Source: Euprymna scolopes (taxonomy: Eukaryota). Taken from it: a stretch of DNA of 64,000 nt. The stretch is from assembly GCA_053919585.1 (NCBI GenBank), contig CM132817.1; one strand, given 5' to 3'. Positions 25,125-38,704 of the stretch are shown one piece after another. Made by a program: the position numbers and the translations under genes. The first letter of the stretch is position 1, and every line of letters starts with the position of its first letter. The notes beneath the pieces are model-generated. The model made no database searches. It saw only the letters and a list, made by a program, of their open reading frames with translations, and was not told the DNA's origin.

Positions 25125-25490
25125 TACATTATCCGAACTACTATTATCATCTTGGTTGTTATTTTAATAATATTTCAGCAGATGTAATCTCTGACCTTCT
25201 TCAGGTGCATCTTTTTGAACTCTGGAATTTTTATGTTGAACTCGAAGAATCTGTTATTAATTTGGAACTGAACCTTTTATTTTATCCACATGGGTGGATT
25301 GTTCTTGTTCTATCAGCCATGACTGGATAGAAGTGTTGATTTTTATGTTATTCTGTAGTGAGGATTAAACCTTCAACCTTTAGAAGACTCATTTAGAACC
25401 GATTGATACTTAACGACTTTATTGCATCAGCCGTTTTGAGTTTGACATAAAGATTCTTAAGTTTGAAAAGATGTATCTTAAGAAGGTGGC
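25125..25490 (-). mobile_element. Copy of the same tRNA/hammerhead element with a short inverted tail
   Basis: ccttcttcaggtgcatc, agccatgactggatag and aggattaaaccttcaacc blocks are shared with 23700-24045. Confidence 0.7.
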
Positions 25491-25999
25491 TGTTATGCTT
25501 TACTTCAGTAATTTATAAAAATGAAACTGGAAAGAAATAAAAATCCAGGTCGGCATTTTTTTATTTATTACAAAACGTTTTTATTACTGTTACTTTCGGC
25601 ACCATTTAAAAAAAGTCTTTCGCTGCCACGTGTCCATTTTAGCCTGAAATACGTTTCTCCTTCTCCCAATCACATGCCGGCCACAATCAACCCATTTCTC
25701 GCCTTTGTATTTACACATCCATTTTCTTTGCTGTCGTCTTTCTTTCTCTAACCTCATGCCAACCATAGTCACTTGCGACTTTACATGTTCATTTTCTTCA
25801 ACGTCCACTTTCTTTTCTTCCCCAAACACATGTTGCATTTTTTTCCTTTTTTCTTCTCGCGCACACTTCCTAATTTGCATATGTGTATTTTTCGGCTACT
25901 GCTGCTGCTAATCTCTTTGCAAGCCAGTCATCTTTTGCAGCTGCTGATATTTTTCCACGCACTCATATGCACTATGTTACATATGTTGTCAAATTATTG

Positions 26000-26745
26000 T
26001 GAAGATAACGACCAAGCTTAGAATACAAATAATCCAATTTATCATCCTCATCATCCCAGCAGCATCTTTTCAAATTGATTAACTTCTCATTATGGAAATT
26101 ATTTTTTTTATCCACATTGTTATGTTCTAACAACGTTTCAGCTGATGTAACCTCGCAATATTCTTTAGATGCAGTTTTTGAACTTAGGAATATTTGGATC
26201 ATTCAGACTACCATTCTCATCTTGATTTTTATATACACAACGTTTAGCCTGATGTATCCCCCGACCTTATTCAGGTGCATCTTTGTCAAACTTTGGAAAC
26301 TTTTATTTAATCAACAGGAGTTGATTGTTAGCATTCTATCAGTCATGACTAAGTAGAAATGTTAATTATTGTTATTCTTAGTTATTATCGCCAATAGTGA
26401 GGATTGAACCTTCAACCTCAAGGAGACTGTTACTTAAAATTAATTATTCATCAACGCTTTTAACCATTAGACCATTTGTTCGATTCTGATATGAATTTTA
26501 AGAGCCTTGGGCTTAATCTTTTCTAAATGTCTAGTAAATAGCTGATGCAATGAGAAAAATCTACACTGGATTAAATGAAGGGTTTTGTTTAAAATTTTGT
26601 ACAGGCCTCCAAGTTCGAAAAGATGCACCTGAAGAAGGTCAGAGACATCGACTGAAAATTATGTGGAAATAACAACCAGGATGAAAATAGTAGTCCAAAA
26701 ATAATCCAAATTATCAATCCTTGTCACAAAAATTCCAAAACGATA
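26000..26745. mobile_element. Compound copy of the tRNA/hammerhead element (minus body, plus inverted tail 26605-26745)
   Basis: A box TGGTCTAATGG and B box GGTTCAATCC on the minus strand at 26400-26474; cacCTGAAGAaggtc..gactGAAA at 26626-26657. Confidence 0.72.
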
Positions 26746-27228
26746 ATTTTGTGTAAAAATAGTTATTTATATGTTAATGAAGTTGACGTTATTATTTAAT
26801 CTATTTTATTCAAGCTGAGTTAATCAACGTTTGTTTCTTTAAAACTTTTTTTTTCTATTTTTTTAATTATACAAAATACATGTTAAATACATGATTTTGG
26901 TATTAAATCGTGTTTTCTTTCTTTTTTTTAATCCATTTTAGACATTCTAATTATTCTAATTAACTCTAATTTACAATTTATTCAGTAAGTCAACTTACTA
27001 AGTTTCTGTTTATTTCCCTCGCTCTCACTTGTATGTTATTTGAAACTCCCTGCTTTTTTTTTGATACAGTGTCTATAACTCTTGCTCCCATTACTCTTTC
27101 ATTCATTAACAAGCTAAGGTAATAAAACCATAAAATAGAAAATCGAAATAGTCATAAACTTTAGGCAGTATCACCATGGTACCTGGAGAGAGAGAACAGA
27201 AAGACTAATTTTGTAGTTTATCTTTTTA

Positions 27229-27674
27229 CTAGCCTGGGTACCCAGCGTTGCCCGGGTGTTTGGAGGTGTGTGTTAAGCAAAAAAAAAAAAAAAAAAAAGT
27301 GGTAGTAGGTAGGCAGGCTCGAACCTGTACTGTGAAGGAGGAAAAGAATGTAAAAAAAAAGTGACGTCTTTGCCGTTGCGTCCATTGCCAAACAAGAAGT
27401 GCCAAAGGTTTAAATTAAGGCTAGTCAATCGAAAAGAGGTGATGACTTTCGAAAATATTGGCGAAAAAAAGCAAGGCGCATCTGTAGAAAAGTGGCCAGT
27501 TGAGGATGAAGAAATGAAATGATTGTTTTTAACTAATTTTTCGATATTTGTCATCCAAAGGGTCGAGCTTCAAAATGATACCAATCTCAAAAAAATCCTC
27601 TGATGTAAGTTTTAGGCAGACATTCATACATACATGCATACATTTAAACAGACAGGTGAGATTTATATTATAGA
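27229..27674 (-). mobile_element. Non-autonomous Helitron
   Basis: ctagcctgggtacccagcgttgcccggg 3' hairpin end; (tatg)n near the 5' TC. Confidence 0.75.
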
Positions 27675-27968
27675 TGTTTTAAATTTAACTGGCTATATGC
27701 CAACTGACTCGATCACAAATCAAATAATCTAACTCAAGTTGAATAGATAACTCAATATGTCACTTTATTTTTCGATTCATATATTGTAAAAGATAAATAT
27801 AGATTGCAAACTTTTTAATTGGAAAAATATTTTGAGAGCAAATCAATTATGTTTTGCTTATGTTTGGGAAGGCATAGCTTTTGCATGACAACAGATTTGT
27901 CAGCATAATAGTGGTGTTCAGCATACATTTCATTCAACAAAAAATGTGTCTAACGATTTCTTTTGTAG

Positions 27969-28108
27969 CAAAGAAGTTTGCCAAATTACAGGTTGCCAAA
28001 GACATTTTAACATGTGAAGAATCGCGGATGAAATATGATAAATGGTTAAATGCTGGTCTTCATATGCCATTTGAAGTGTGGAATTCACATAATAGTCACA
28101 TACATTCC
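27969..28108 (+). CDS. DNAJC12: DNAJC12 exon 3 (AKKFAKLQVAKDILTCEESRMKYDKWLNAGLHMPFEVWNSHNSHIHS)
   Basis: ttttgtag acceptor, 140 nt, gtaagt donor; J-domain helices III-IV and the MPF..W motif. Confidence 0.93.
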
Positions 28109-28234
28109 GTAAGTAATTTTATAATCTATTTTCTTTTGTGCTTATCCTATGCATTAAGGTGCACTTTAGATTTATTTCTCCACAATACATGATCAAATGC
28201 TTATCTTCTAAGTTGTTTCCCAGATGACTTGAGG

Positions 28235-28872
28235 CCATATGTCCAATCCCACCGCGCTGTATGTGTCCCAATCTTCTGTCCATACAATATTTTATAATGT
28301 GACCATTCTGCCTACAGCGGAAACATTTCACTTTGGAATGCAGGTTTTGAAGATTTTTAAGTCACTGGACCAACTTAGTAGATATTATAAGATGCTCCCT
28401 AAGTTTTGTTTCATTCTTGATGATGGTCCGTGTGCTTTCAAATAACTGTTCAATCAGCAACACCTTTATGCTTATGGGTGCCTTCAGGAATTGCTTTACT
28501 TGAACTGAGAGCCAGCCGCAGATGCATATATAAAAATCTGTTGAGGTAACACTCCAAATAGAACAGCCAACTTCTTCAATGCCGCAAAAACATCTACCGT
28601 CTCGCTTACCGATAGTTTCCGAGACATAAACTGTCTGTATGCTGTGCAAGGATCCACTGCAAAAGCACTGTACAGCACAGCCAGCATCAGCTCAACATTG
28701 ACTTTAATTCTCGCTTAGCTGGTGATAAACATCCAGAGTGCCTCTCGTTAGTCTTGATCTATTTGACTCCATGCAAGTGTCAGGTTAACTCCATTCTCTC
28801 GGCCTAGTCGACCAGAGATGTGGATTCATCAAACTCTGAGATGAGTTTCAAGTCACACTTTACATCTGCCAT
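28235..28872 (-). mobile_element. Degenerate Ty3/Gypsy gag fragment with CCHC knuckle
   Basis: MADVKCDLKLISEFD start, AFAVDPCTAYRQFMSRKL..ETVDVF, and CFRCRQNGHIIKYC; multiple frameshifts. Confidence 0.7.
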
Positions 28873-29399
28873 TATGTCTTGAATTAACAGCATGGCAACG
28901 TTCTAAAATAGCTTGTTGTAGATAAAAATGAAAACACTCGCGCAAAAAAAGTAAAAAATCTGACTCTGAAATTGTATTAACATAACAGCAATAATTTGTT
29001 ATTTGCATGAAATAAAATTTATTACATAAACACAAACAAAAAAAAAACATGTGAGTTCTCCAAGTTAAGGAGAATTTCGCTTTTTTTTTTTAATAAAAAA
29101 ACAGATTTCTGCTTAAATCACAAGAGCCTCTTCAGATGAATGAGTTCTCTGCTTTGTTTTTAAATAAGAAATGGCTGATTTCTACCTAATTACTAGATCC
29201 TTTTTATTTTTTTTGTTGGTATTTGGATTTTCTTTCTTTTTTCTATCACTTTATTATTCTTTTTTTTTCTTCTCTTCTTCCTTATCTTGTCTTCCTTTTC
29301 CATCTTAATATAGTTCTGAAAACTAAAAATTTTAATTTTGCTGTTATGATGGGGATATAAGGGGGGTTAGATGACTTCCGTCTGCTTTTCCCTTACATG

Positions 29400-29920
29400 G
29401 TCACTTAGATTGGTCCCGACAAAGGAGGGATTGAATCTAGTAATTCACTCCCATTCATCCATTTGTACTTTTCTCAATAACCATTCATTGAAATTTTTTT
29501 TTTAAATCTTGCACAAATATTAATCATGGTGAAAGTAAATTTGTGCCAGAATGGATTTTCTAGGATAACTTTGGTTGCCCTTTGGGTCATTATAGGAGTA
29601 AAATTGCTTCAAAATCATTCATCCGTTTGTTTGCTCACACTTTTCTCAATAACCGCTCCTTGAATTTCTTTTTAAATCTTGCATGAACATTAGTCATGGT
29701 GACAGTAAATTTTTGCCAGAACAGATTTTATGGGATAACTCTGGTTGCCCCCTAGGGGGCATTATAGGGATAAAATTGCCCCCAAATTGTTCATTTGTTC
29801 ACACTTTTCTCAATAACCATGCCTTGGATTTTTAAAAATTTTGCACGAACATTAGTCATGATGGAAGTAAATTTTTCACTCGTGGAGAGGGGCCCTGCAT
29901 GCTCGGCTTGCTTTTAGTTG
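29400..29920. repeat. Dispersed repeat with three ~170-bp internal tandem units
   Basis: Recurrent ttctcaataacc...catggtgaaagtaaatt...ggataactctggttgccc. Confidence 0.7.
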
Positions 29921-30109
29921 AAACTGATTGGAGTTATTAAGGAAAAAGGTGTTGTCTTCCTTCAGTCTTGATACCCACTGTAAGGTTGCTTGCACATGAA
30001 ATTTAATGCAGGCATGGTGATCATTTTGATTGTCGAGAAGATTTTATAGAAGAAAAAGTTTAAAGTAAAAAGTGTTATGAAAATTAAATGGGTTAGTTTC
30101 TGAATTTTT

Positions 30110-30535
30110 GAGATAAAGATTGAAAATTTGTATTATTTGGACTACTGTTCTCATTTTGAGTTTTATTGTCACTGCGGTTTAGTTGATGTAACCTTCAGGT
30201 GTGTCTTGTCGAAAGTACAAAGTAAAATTCAGTTGTAAAGTTACACTTTTCTAGAGGTTGAATGTTCAAGCCTTAGTGCAGGTAATACTAAGAATACAAT
30301 TGCGAATTACTTAAAACTTTCATCTGATCATGGCTGACAGAATGAAAGCATAACCCCCCCTCCATGATTAATTAAAGGGTTCCTTTTAAAATTCTATGCA
30401 AATTCCCAGGTTTGACAAATATTCCAGAGTTCAACAGATGCACATGAAGAAGGTTGGAGGTTACATCAACCAAAACCTTGAATATGACAACTAAGATGAG
30501 AACAGTAGTCAGAATAATTCAAATAATTCAAATTA
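30110..30535. mobile_element. Copy of the tRNA/hammerhead element (plus body preceded by an inverted tail)
   Basis: ggactactgttctcat...gatgtaaccttcaggtg versus gaagaaggttggaggttacatcaacc...gatgagaacagtagtc. Confidence 0.68.
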
Positions 30536-30681
30536 GGGTTAGAGAATTTCATTCTAAAGCATTTGATATTTTTTAGGTTTACGAGTTATTGAGTTTTAAT
30601 GATGCAAATCATTTTAATGATTTAGAGAATTTTTATTATTTTGTATTGTTTTAAAATAAAATTGTTACTTCAATCTTTCAG

Positions 30682-30748
30682 TCGTTGCACTGGGCCAACC
30701 CCAAACCAAAATCAATGATTGAGTCAACTCAACCCAACAAAACCAAAG
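30682..30748 (+). CDS. DNAJC12: DNAJC12 exon 4 (SLHWANPKPKSMIESTQPNKTK)
   Basis: ctttcag acceptor, 67 nt, G|gtaac donor; conserved S.HW motif. Confidence 0.88.
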
Positions 30749-30789
30749 GTAACAATTTCATTATTTTTACTCTTGTTCACATTAAAAAA

Positions 30790-31406
30790 AAAGAATAAGC
30801 GAATTAATAACCCTGTTTAAACTTTTTTAAAAAATCGGAAAAAAACAAAAATAAAACAGGGAACGGACGTAAAACTTTAAAACAATCGGATAAACAAAAA
30901 CCCCCCCAAAAAAAAAGGAAAGAAAAAAAAAAGCGAAAAGAAAAAAAAAAAAAACAGCGAAAAGCGAAAAAAAAAATGGTATAAAATAACCTCATTTCAA
31001 TATAAAATGTTTAAAACTCGAGAAAAATGTATATCTGATAACTGGGATTGAACCTAAAATCTTTAGATAACGACGCTGTCACTTAACACGTCGCGCTATA
31101 GACGTGTGGATGAAAGAAGGTCAGTTTTTATAACATTTAAAATGAATTCAATGTACGTCTTTTGTGCGTAATGATGCATGCGTAAAGCCATTTTGTCAAG
31201 AAGATACCATTTTTTTCACCCCTCCTTGTAAAAAAGAGAGCTGTTAAGGATGAAGGAATGAATGTTTTTGCCCAATTTTTCGATCTTTGTCGTTCAAGAT
31301 GTGGAGCTTCAAAATGATACCGAACTCGTGAAAATCCGTCGCCTCTGTCGAAAGTTTTTGCGAGACATACAAACACACACACATTTTCACTTTTATATAT
31401 AGAGAT
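30790..31406 (-). mobile_element. Helitron-like repeat with a tRNA-like segment
   Basis: 5' end matches 18642-19030; internal part related to 59300-59800. Confidence 0.6.
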
Positions 31407-31963
31407 TACATTTGACCCAATATAGTAATGATTTAAAAAGTTTAAAAAAAAAAAAAAAAAAAAAATTACTTGTATGCCACCACCGAGAATCGAAATCAAA
31501 ACGTTTAGCTTATGATTTACTTTTTCCTTGGACGTTAATGCCTGAGCTATGAAGACATGTTTGCTGCGAGGCTAAAAATTAAAACATGAACCAATAGCTA
31601 TTATGTTATGCATGCATATTCATAATGCCGTCATTCGACCTACACCTAGTAAATTCCATTTCTTTCATTTTCACCCTTTTGCACAGATTTTCCCCTGCAT
31701 GAATATAATCTAATTATCTTCATGAATATAATTACACATAACAGTTAACTAAAGATGATCATCCCCTAAGAAACCCAAAAAACTAATAGGGAATTAATTA
31801 AAATGAATGCTTAAAAAGATATGCAACTTAGCTAGATCTTTTGCAGATGAATGAAATTCCATGACCTATATGTAAGAAAGTTGTATTTTCTTTTTAAATA
31901 AATAGAAAAAAGGATATATGAATATCAATACACAAAAAATCAAATTTATAAAAGTGTATATAT

Positions 31964-32333
31964 TAGTGCTGGGACGATTAATCAGAATCAGGAATCTGAA
32001 AAATTGACAAATTTGGAAGTATCAGAATCGGTATTGGAATAAAAAAAATTGGTGCCTATTTTCCGATGCCAAATCGATTCTTTTAATTGTCTTTTCTTAT
32101 TTGATTATATTTTCTGATAATAACAATAAAATAATATTTATTGATTTTAAAATACCAGTAAAGGTAAAATCTATACATCATCCTCTACGCGTGTAATTTT
32201 TCACGTTCATGAAAATATCTGCATATAACATGTGCTTCTTACAGAAATCGGGAAAATAACAATTTATAGTTAAATATTTAGAGATTTATGAAGAATCAGA
32301 ATCGGTAATTGTATTGGAATCGTCCCATCACTA
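31964..32333. mobile_element. hAT-type MITE
   Basis: TIR tagtgctgggacgatt / aatcgtcccatcacta, perfect 8-bp TSD gtatatat, subterminal gaatc repeats. Confidence 0.85.
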
Positions 32334-32624
32334 GTATATATATGCATACACACGCACACATATATATCAGTGAGGTGTGGCTATCAAGTTTTATTTTATT
32401 TCAATTATTACAGCTATCTATGTTGTGTCAATTGATACGACATCAGCTGATTTTTATGGGAGCCCAAGTGAAATGACTAGCAAACAAAAATGGGATTATT
32501 TCATCAATTCTCCAAGCAATGTGGAATAGGATTGAGATGATTTTGTCATACAATATATTTCTAAAATAGCCATTGAATAAAATTTTGTAAAGTTATTTAA
32601 TTTTTTTTCTTTTTTTACAATTAG

Positions 32625-33680
32625 ATCACCACCATATCAAAGCCAAGTTCCGCTTAAGAATAAGGGTTAATAGAAAAAGAATGCTTATCAACCAAAATTG
32701 ATTGATACAATAAAAACTAAGTTTCAGTAGTGATAAGATGGTTCAAGCATTTGGCTTGAATGTGACTGTTGTAGTCTAGAGAAGTAGTCCTAGGATATTG
32801 TGTTCAACAAATGGGAAACTGTTGAAACTTCATCTGATGCTAGGTACATGGAGGAAGAAGGAAAAGTGTTTTTCAATTAATAGATCTTGCTGTTAATGTC
32901 GTACAAGGAAAAATCAGATTGGAATGCAGTCAAACGTCTTCCATGAAAATAACGAGAGACTAGCAACGTCTCATCTGTGAGGAAGGAGCCATAGAATTGA
33001 AGAGATCACCTCTCACTAGATTACAAATTCTATTTAGGCAACAAAGTGTTTTGAGTCTTGTCTCTATATGGCAGTAGTACTCCATCTTGATGTATCTGAT
33101 TCTTATACTGATAGAGGATTGCATCAGAAGTCTGATACTTTTCTTGAGCGATAGAATGATCCAAACATTTTTTCCAGTGACCTTAGCAAAAGATTTTATG
33201 TTTTCCATTTTAGATCTGGAGTAAAAGTCAAGGAGAGACATTCATTTTTACTAGGGAAAAATAAAGATCCAGCTATTATTGGTAATGAAAGGAGAGAAGG
33301 CTTTAGAATTTTTTGTTTTCCATTATTGCAGCACGTGCTCCAGATCAGAAGAGAATATGAAGACGAGTGCTTGTTCAAGCTGTTGCCATAGATATCAACA
33401 AATGACATGGAAGATCATTAATGAAAATTACGAAGGAGGTTCGATGGCTAGGAATGTATCCTTGAGGCACACCGGTATTGATAGCATGTGTATAAATAGC
33501 TACTTTTCTCAACCTATCACAGAAACAATTCGTGAAGACATTACCCAAGATTCCATAGCAGACAAGTTTGAGAGCAACCCTTTATGCCAGACTATTAAAG
33601 GTTTTGATATGTTGAGAGCTATTGCTCTAAACAAAGTCCCCAGCAGAAGATTCGCTGAGCCTATGTAATGTTAAAGGTAG
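32625..33680 (-). mobile_element. Old, diverged CR1-group LINE relic
   Basis: Remnants TFTPDLKW, MEYYCHI, plus RT-like traces. Confidence 0.7.
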
Positions 33681-33735
33681 CCATTAACCTTGTAAGATGA
33701 AATTTGTAGTGCTTATCACTAAATATATTTATGAC

Positions 33736-34026
33736 GACTTGTGAAAAATTTCCCCCACTCTTTATCTGTGCCTAAATCAAAACGTGGATTCCATAAACAA
33801 AGCTTCTTTCTTAGAACTGCACGCCTGTGGAACTGTTCCGTCTGCCTGCTTCCCACCTGACTACAACTTGGTCCAACGTAAACAAATTCCTAATGAACCG
33901 CCCCCCTTAAGTAAACACTTCATCAAATCTCCACACTAACATACTCTACTTGCAATAACCCTTATCCCTGAGTGGCTTCCGGGCCTTGATAAGTAGTAAC
34001 CACTGTGTAAAAAAAAAAAAAAAAAA
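33736..34026 (+). mobile_element. CR1-group 3' fragment with poly(A), opposite orientation
   Basis: Reverse complement of the family 3' end (aataacccttatccctgagtggcttccgggccttgataag...A18). Confidence 0.85.
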
Positions 34027-34383
34027 TTTTTTCTGATGAGATGAACCAAATTAATTCTAAAAATTAAAAAATAATTATTACTTCGGTCTTCCCCAGATTA
34101 AAAACTGACCTTGTATCTGTCCTCGTGTGGAAGCAAGTAAATATATATTAATATAATTTTTCAAATTCAGTTTTAACAGATAAATCAACTTCTGACTTAT
34201 TTTATTTGATTAAGAAGCTTTTAATTTCAATGTTCATATACTGTATTTAAAGATGAATTTTGTTGATTTGTGTACATGGTTGAATCTGAGGATAATCTGA
34301 TTTAAGCATTTTATACCCAGCAATTAATATTTCATTTAAAGATATTAAATTAAAAAGAATTTTAAAATTATCTTTTATTTCAG

Positions 34384-34460
34384 ATTTTTCAAGCCTGAAT
34401 GTGACAACACCCCAAAATACATCCAGCTTATTACAGAAATTCAGAAATTATGAAATTTGA
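34384..34460 (+). CDS. DNAJC12: DNAJC12 terminal exon (FSSLNVTTPQNTSSLLQKFRNYEI*)
   Basis: tttcag acceptor, in phase; ends in the DNAJC12-diagnostic KFRNYEI-stop. Total CDS 450 nt. AATAAA at 34639. Confidence 0.93.
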
Positions 34461-34846
34461 AAAGCTACAAAGGTCATCTTTTGTTATAAAATGTGGAATT
34501 CGTATATTTTAACCAAGAATATTAGAAATGTTCATTTTTAGTTAATGTCATCAAAGTCCGTTTCAAACATATTTTTTGAAAAATCGTTATAGCTTTATGA
34601 AAAAATTTTTTCCCTTTTTATATTGTTTCTTTATTGTTAATAAAAATTTTATGCCAGTTACAATTTTGTTGTTTGTTTATCTCTGATACAAGGTCAAAAT
34701 TAGAGAGCAAGCCATCCTCAAAAATGAACGCAACTTTTCTGGGCTGATTTTATGTTTTTGCCATATTGTTATATTCTGAAATATGTTAACATTCAGTTTA
34801 ACATCTTTTTTTCAAGATTTTAGAAACTAACCCGTCTCTGGCCAGG

Positions 34847-34879
<33 letters not shown>

Positions 34880-35022
34880 ATGTCCATTATTATTTCCTCC
34901 CCTGCCACTTCAATTGGTCTACATCTATTAACATTCGTTCATGTGATCAAAGCATTAAAGTCCTATTCAGCACACATATCTATATACTGTTGAGACATAA
35001 AAAAATTATTTTGTTTTTTTTT

Positions 35023-36535
35023 ACAAAGGTGTCAAGTCACCACTTATCAAGGCCACTCGAGGATAAAGGTTAATGACTATTAAGTGGTCAAAGAGAACAT
35101 GTAGTAACCATTAGTAGTAGAAATTTGTTAAATTGAATTACTTAAGGGATGGCTCATCAAGAATTTGTTCACGTTGGACTTAAAGACAACCCTGTTGTAG
35201 TCAGTTGGAATACAGAAGACAATTCTACAGGCTTGCAGTTCTAAGAAAGAAGCTTTGTCCATGGAATCTACGATTAGGTTTAGGCACAGATAAAGAATGG
35301 AAGGAATTATTGATAGTGTTTTCAGCTAAACAAGGGTTTCTTGTGAAAGTTTGGCGAGGGGGAACCATAGATTGAAGCTCAGTCGAGCAGTTGCCATGAA
35401 AATAATGTTAAAGCAGAGACATGCTCTTAATATCTCTTCTGTGAGAAAGAAGTTGCAGGGAAGAGAAAAGAGCATCCCCCACTAGGCTACGAAGTCAATT
35501 TTGAACTGTAGGGAAGGATAAGCTGCTTCTAGCAGCTCCTGCCCAGATGTGGCAACAGTACTCCATCCTTAGACGTACTTGGCTCTTACATAGCTAGAGA
35601 ATTGCATCAGCAGGGAGATATCCACTGGAGCGGTACAATAATACCACCATTTTTCCAGCAGCCTTGGCAACAGATTTGATGTACGTGTTCCATCTTCGAT
35701 CAGGAGTAAAGGTCAGACCTAGAAGTTTGTCAAAACATGGAGCTTCCACAAGACGAGAGCCATTCATTTTGATTGAGGCTAGACAGGAATCAGAGCATTA
35801 ATGATGGAAAGATAAAAGCTTGGTTTTAGATGCATTAAAATTAACCAGCCACCTCTTTCCCCATTGCAGAGAAAAGAGAATAGTCGTTTACGGCCCTTGA
35901 AGTGTCGCCATAGATGGTAGTATCATCAGCATAAATGTCTACAAATGATCTTAGGGAGATCATTGATGTAGATCAGGAAGAAAGTTAAACTCAGGTACCC
36001 CAGCATTAATACTGTGAGCTGATTTCAGCCCATCAACCACTACTCTTATGAGCCTATCAGAGAAATGATTCAATAATTGAAAAGACATTTCCAGCTAAAT
36101 CGTAGCTGGAGTTTTTGTGAGTAGACATTTATGCCATACCCTATCAAAGGCCTTTGATATGTCAAGGGCAATTTCCCGTCAAGAGATTCGCTAATCCTGA
36201 GATATAACTATTAGCACATTTGGTGTAGATCTAACAAAATGGAAACCATATTGTATGTCATTGAGTAGGTTATTTTTCCTGAGGTGGTTGACTACTTCTC
36301 TATTTAACACAGATTCCAGCAACGTATGACGCACAGGAGACATAGTTCTATACTGAGAGGGAGATAACTGATTCCTTGAATTCTTAAATATTGACGAGGT
36401 TCTCCAGGGTGTTGGGAAGCAATTCTCCTTAAGACAACACTTAAACAGCTTTGTAAGCATGGGAGCTAGTTCTGGTTGAAGCTTTTTAGCACTATAATAA
36501 GAATGTTGTCTGCGCCAGTTACTTTATTGGAAAGT
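35023..36535 (-). mobile_element. 5'-truncated CR1-group LINE copy
   Basis: Same 3' end and RT sequence as 14262-17790, more diverged. Confidence 0.88.
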
Positions 36536-37849
36536 GGGGATTTAATAAAAGTGTCTACTTAAGGGGGCGGTTTATTAGGAATTTGTTTACGTTGGACTTG
36601 AAGACACCCAGGTTGTAGTCAGGTGGGAAGCAGGCAGACGGAACAGAGTTCCACATGTGTGCACTTCTAAGACAGAAGCTTTGTTCATGGAATCTACGTT
36701 TTGATTTAGGTACAGATAAGAAGTGGGGAAAATTTTTGACAGTGGTTTTAGCTAAACGAGTGTTTTTCGTAAAAGATTGGCGAGGGGTAACCAGAGATTG
36801 GAGTTCAGACGAGCACCTGCCATTGAAATAACGATAAAACAAAGATAGGCTTGCAATGTCTCTTCTGTAGGAGAGATGTTGCAGGGAAGAAAAAAAGGGC
36901 ATCCCTACTAAGCCACAAAGTCTATTTTGTACTCTGTCAAGGCAGGATAGGCTGTTTTTAGCAGCTCCTGCCCAGATATGGCAGCAGTATTCCATCCTTG
37001 GGCATACTTGGCTTTTATATAGATAGAGAATTGCATCAGTAGTGAGATATCTTCTGGAGCGGTAGAAGGATCCCACCATTTTTCCAGCGACCTTGGCAAC
37101 AGACTTGATGTACGGGTTCTATTTCAGATCAGGAGTAAAGGTCAAGCCTAGAAGCTTGTCAAAACATGGGGCTTCTCTTAGATGAGAGCCATCTATTTCA
37201 ATTGATGCTAGATGGAGATCAGAGCATTGATGATGTAAGGATAAGAGTTTGGTTTTAGATGCATTAAAAGGTAACCAGCCACCTCTTTCCCCACTGAACC
37301 ACGCGCTTGAGATCAGAGGAGAGAGAATCAGAGAGAACTTTGTCATTTACAACCTTTGATGTGTTGTCGTAGATGGTCATGTCATCAGCATAGGTGTCAA
37401 CGAATGATTTTTTAAGTATGTGTTTAGGGAGATCATTGATGTAGATCAGGAAAAGAGTTGGGCCAGGATGGACCCCTGAGGGACTCCAGCATTAATACTG
37501 CAGGCTTCTGATTTTTGACCATCGACCACTACTCTTATGAGCCTATCAGAGAGAAATGATTTAATGATTGAGAAAACATTTCCAGTTATACCCTAGCTGA
37601 AAATCTTGTGAAGTAGGCCTTTATGCCATACCTAGTCGAAGGCCTTTGATATGTCAAGAGCAATTGCCCTAGAAAGGAAGCCTTTGTCAAGAGATTCACT
37701 AATCCTATGAGATATAACCGTTAGCACATCTGCGGTAGATCTTGCAGAACGGAAACCATATTGCGTGTCACTAAGAAGTGCTGAGGTGGTTGACTATTCT
37801 CTATTTAATATGAATTCCAGCAACTTACTCATGACACACGGGAGACTTA
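36536..37849 (-). mobile_element. Second 5'-truncated CR1-group LINE copy, joined in tandem to the previous one
   Basis: ORF 36555-37079 (MEYCCHIWAG...); lacks the terminal ~70 nt and poly(A). Confidence 0.88.
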
Positions 37850-38669
37850 TTTTTTTTTATTAGCTTGGTAACATCACGCAGATCTTTGTATTTTAAATTT
37901 TGAAAATTAGTGGTCCTGATTTTGTAAATCTTTAAGTTGAAATGATTAAAAACTTAAAGTCAATGAAAGGAATATTCTTTTTGCTTAAGATTTAAAAATT
38001 ATTCAGAAAGGGTGAAATTTATTAACAATTACAAATTGAGAAAAGAAAAAATGTGACTATTTACTTGCCTTCCCACAAGGGCAGAATTAGATCCAAGGTC
38101 AATCTTTAATGCTAGGAAACCCCCCACCCCACCCCATCCAGGTACTCTGGATTTGGACAAAGATGAAAAAAAAAAAAAAAAAATGTTACCTTAGTCTAGA
38201 AAAACTTTTTACTGACTAAAGACAGAAAAGATGAAGTGCAATATTAGAACTTATACTACACTTTAATATCAGCCAAAAGGCCAAGGTTAACTATAATAGC
38301 TTATTTGATAAAAACTAAGATCTTGAATTGGTATGTATATAACAATGTTCAATTACATTATCAACAAAAATGCTATGGAAAATAATTCCAACATTATCAA
38401 TTTTTCTTAAAACAAAAGAGAAAAAAAAAAAAAAAAATAGAAAAACAAACTCAATTCCATAGGTTTTGTTATTTTTTTTATTTTTGATGTTAATTTGCTA
38501 TTTTGCAATTTCAACAAAAAGAAATGCAGTCTTAAAAGTGCTAAATTGGAGGAAGCTACAACAAAGTTGAGGAGTCACTAGATTGGCTTATCGCCAAATA
38601 AACTGGATGGAACAAAGACTCATCCAAAAATTAAGATTCCTTTCCTTCATTTTTTATTTTTTTTTAATT

Positions 38670-38704
<35 letters not shown>

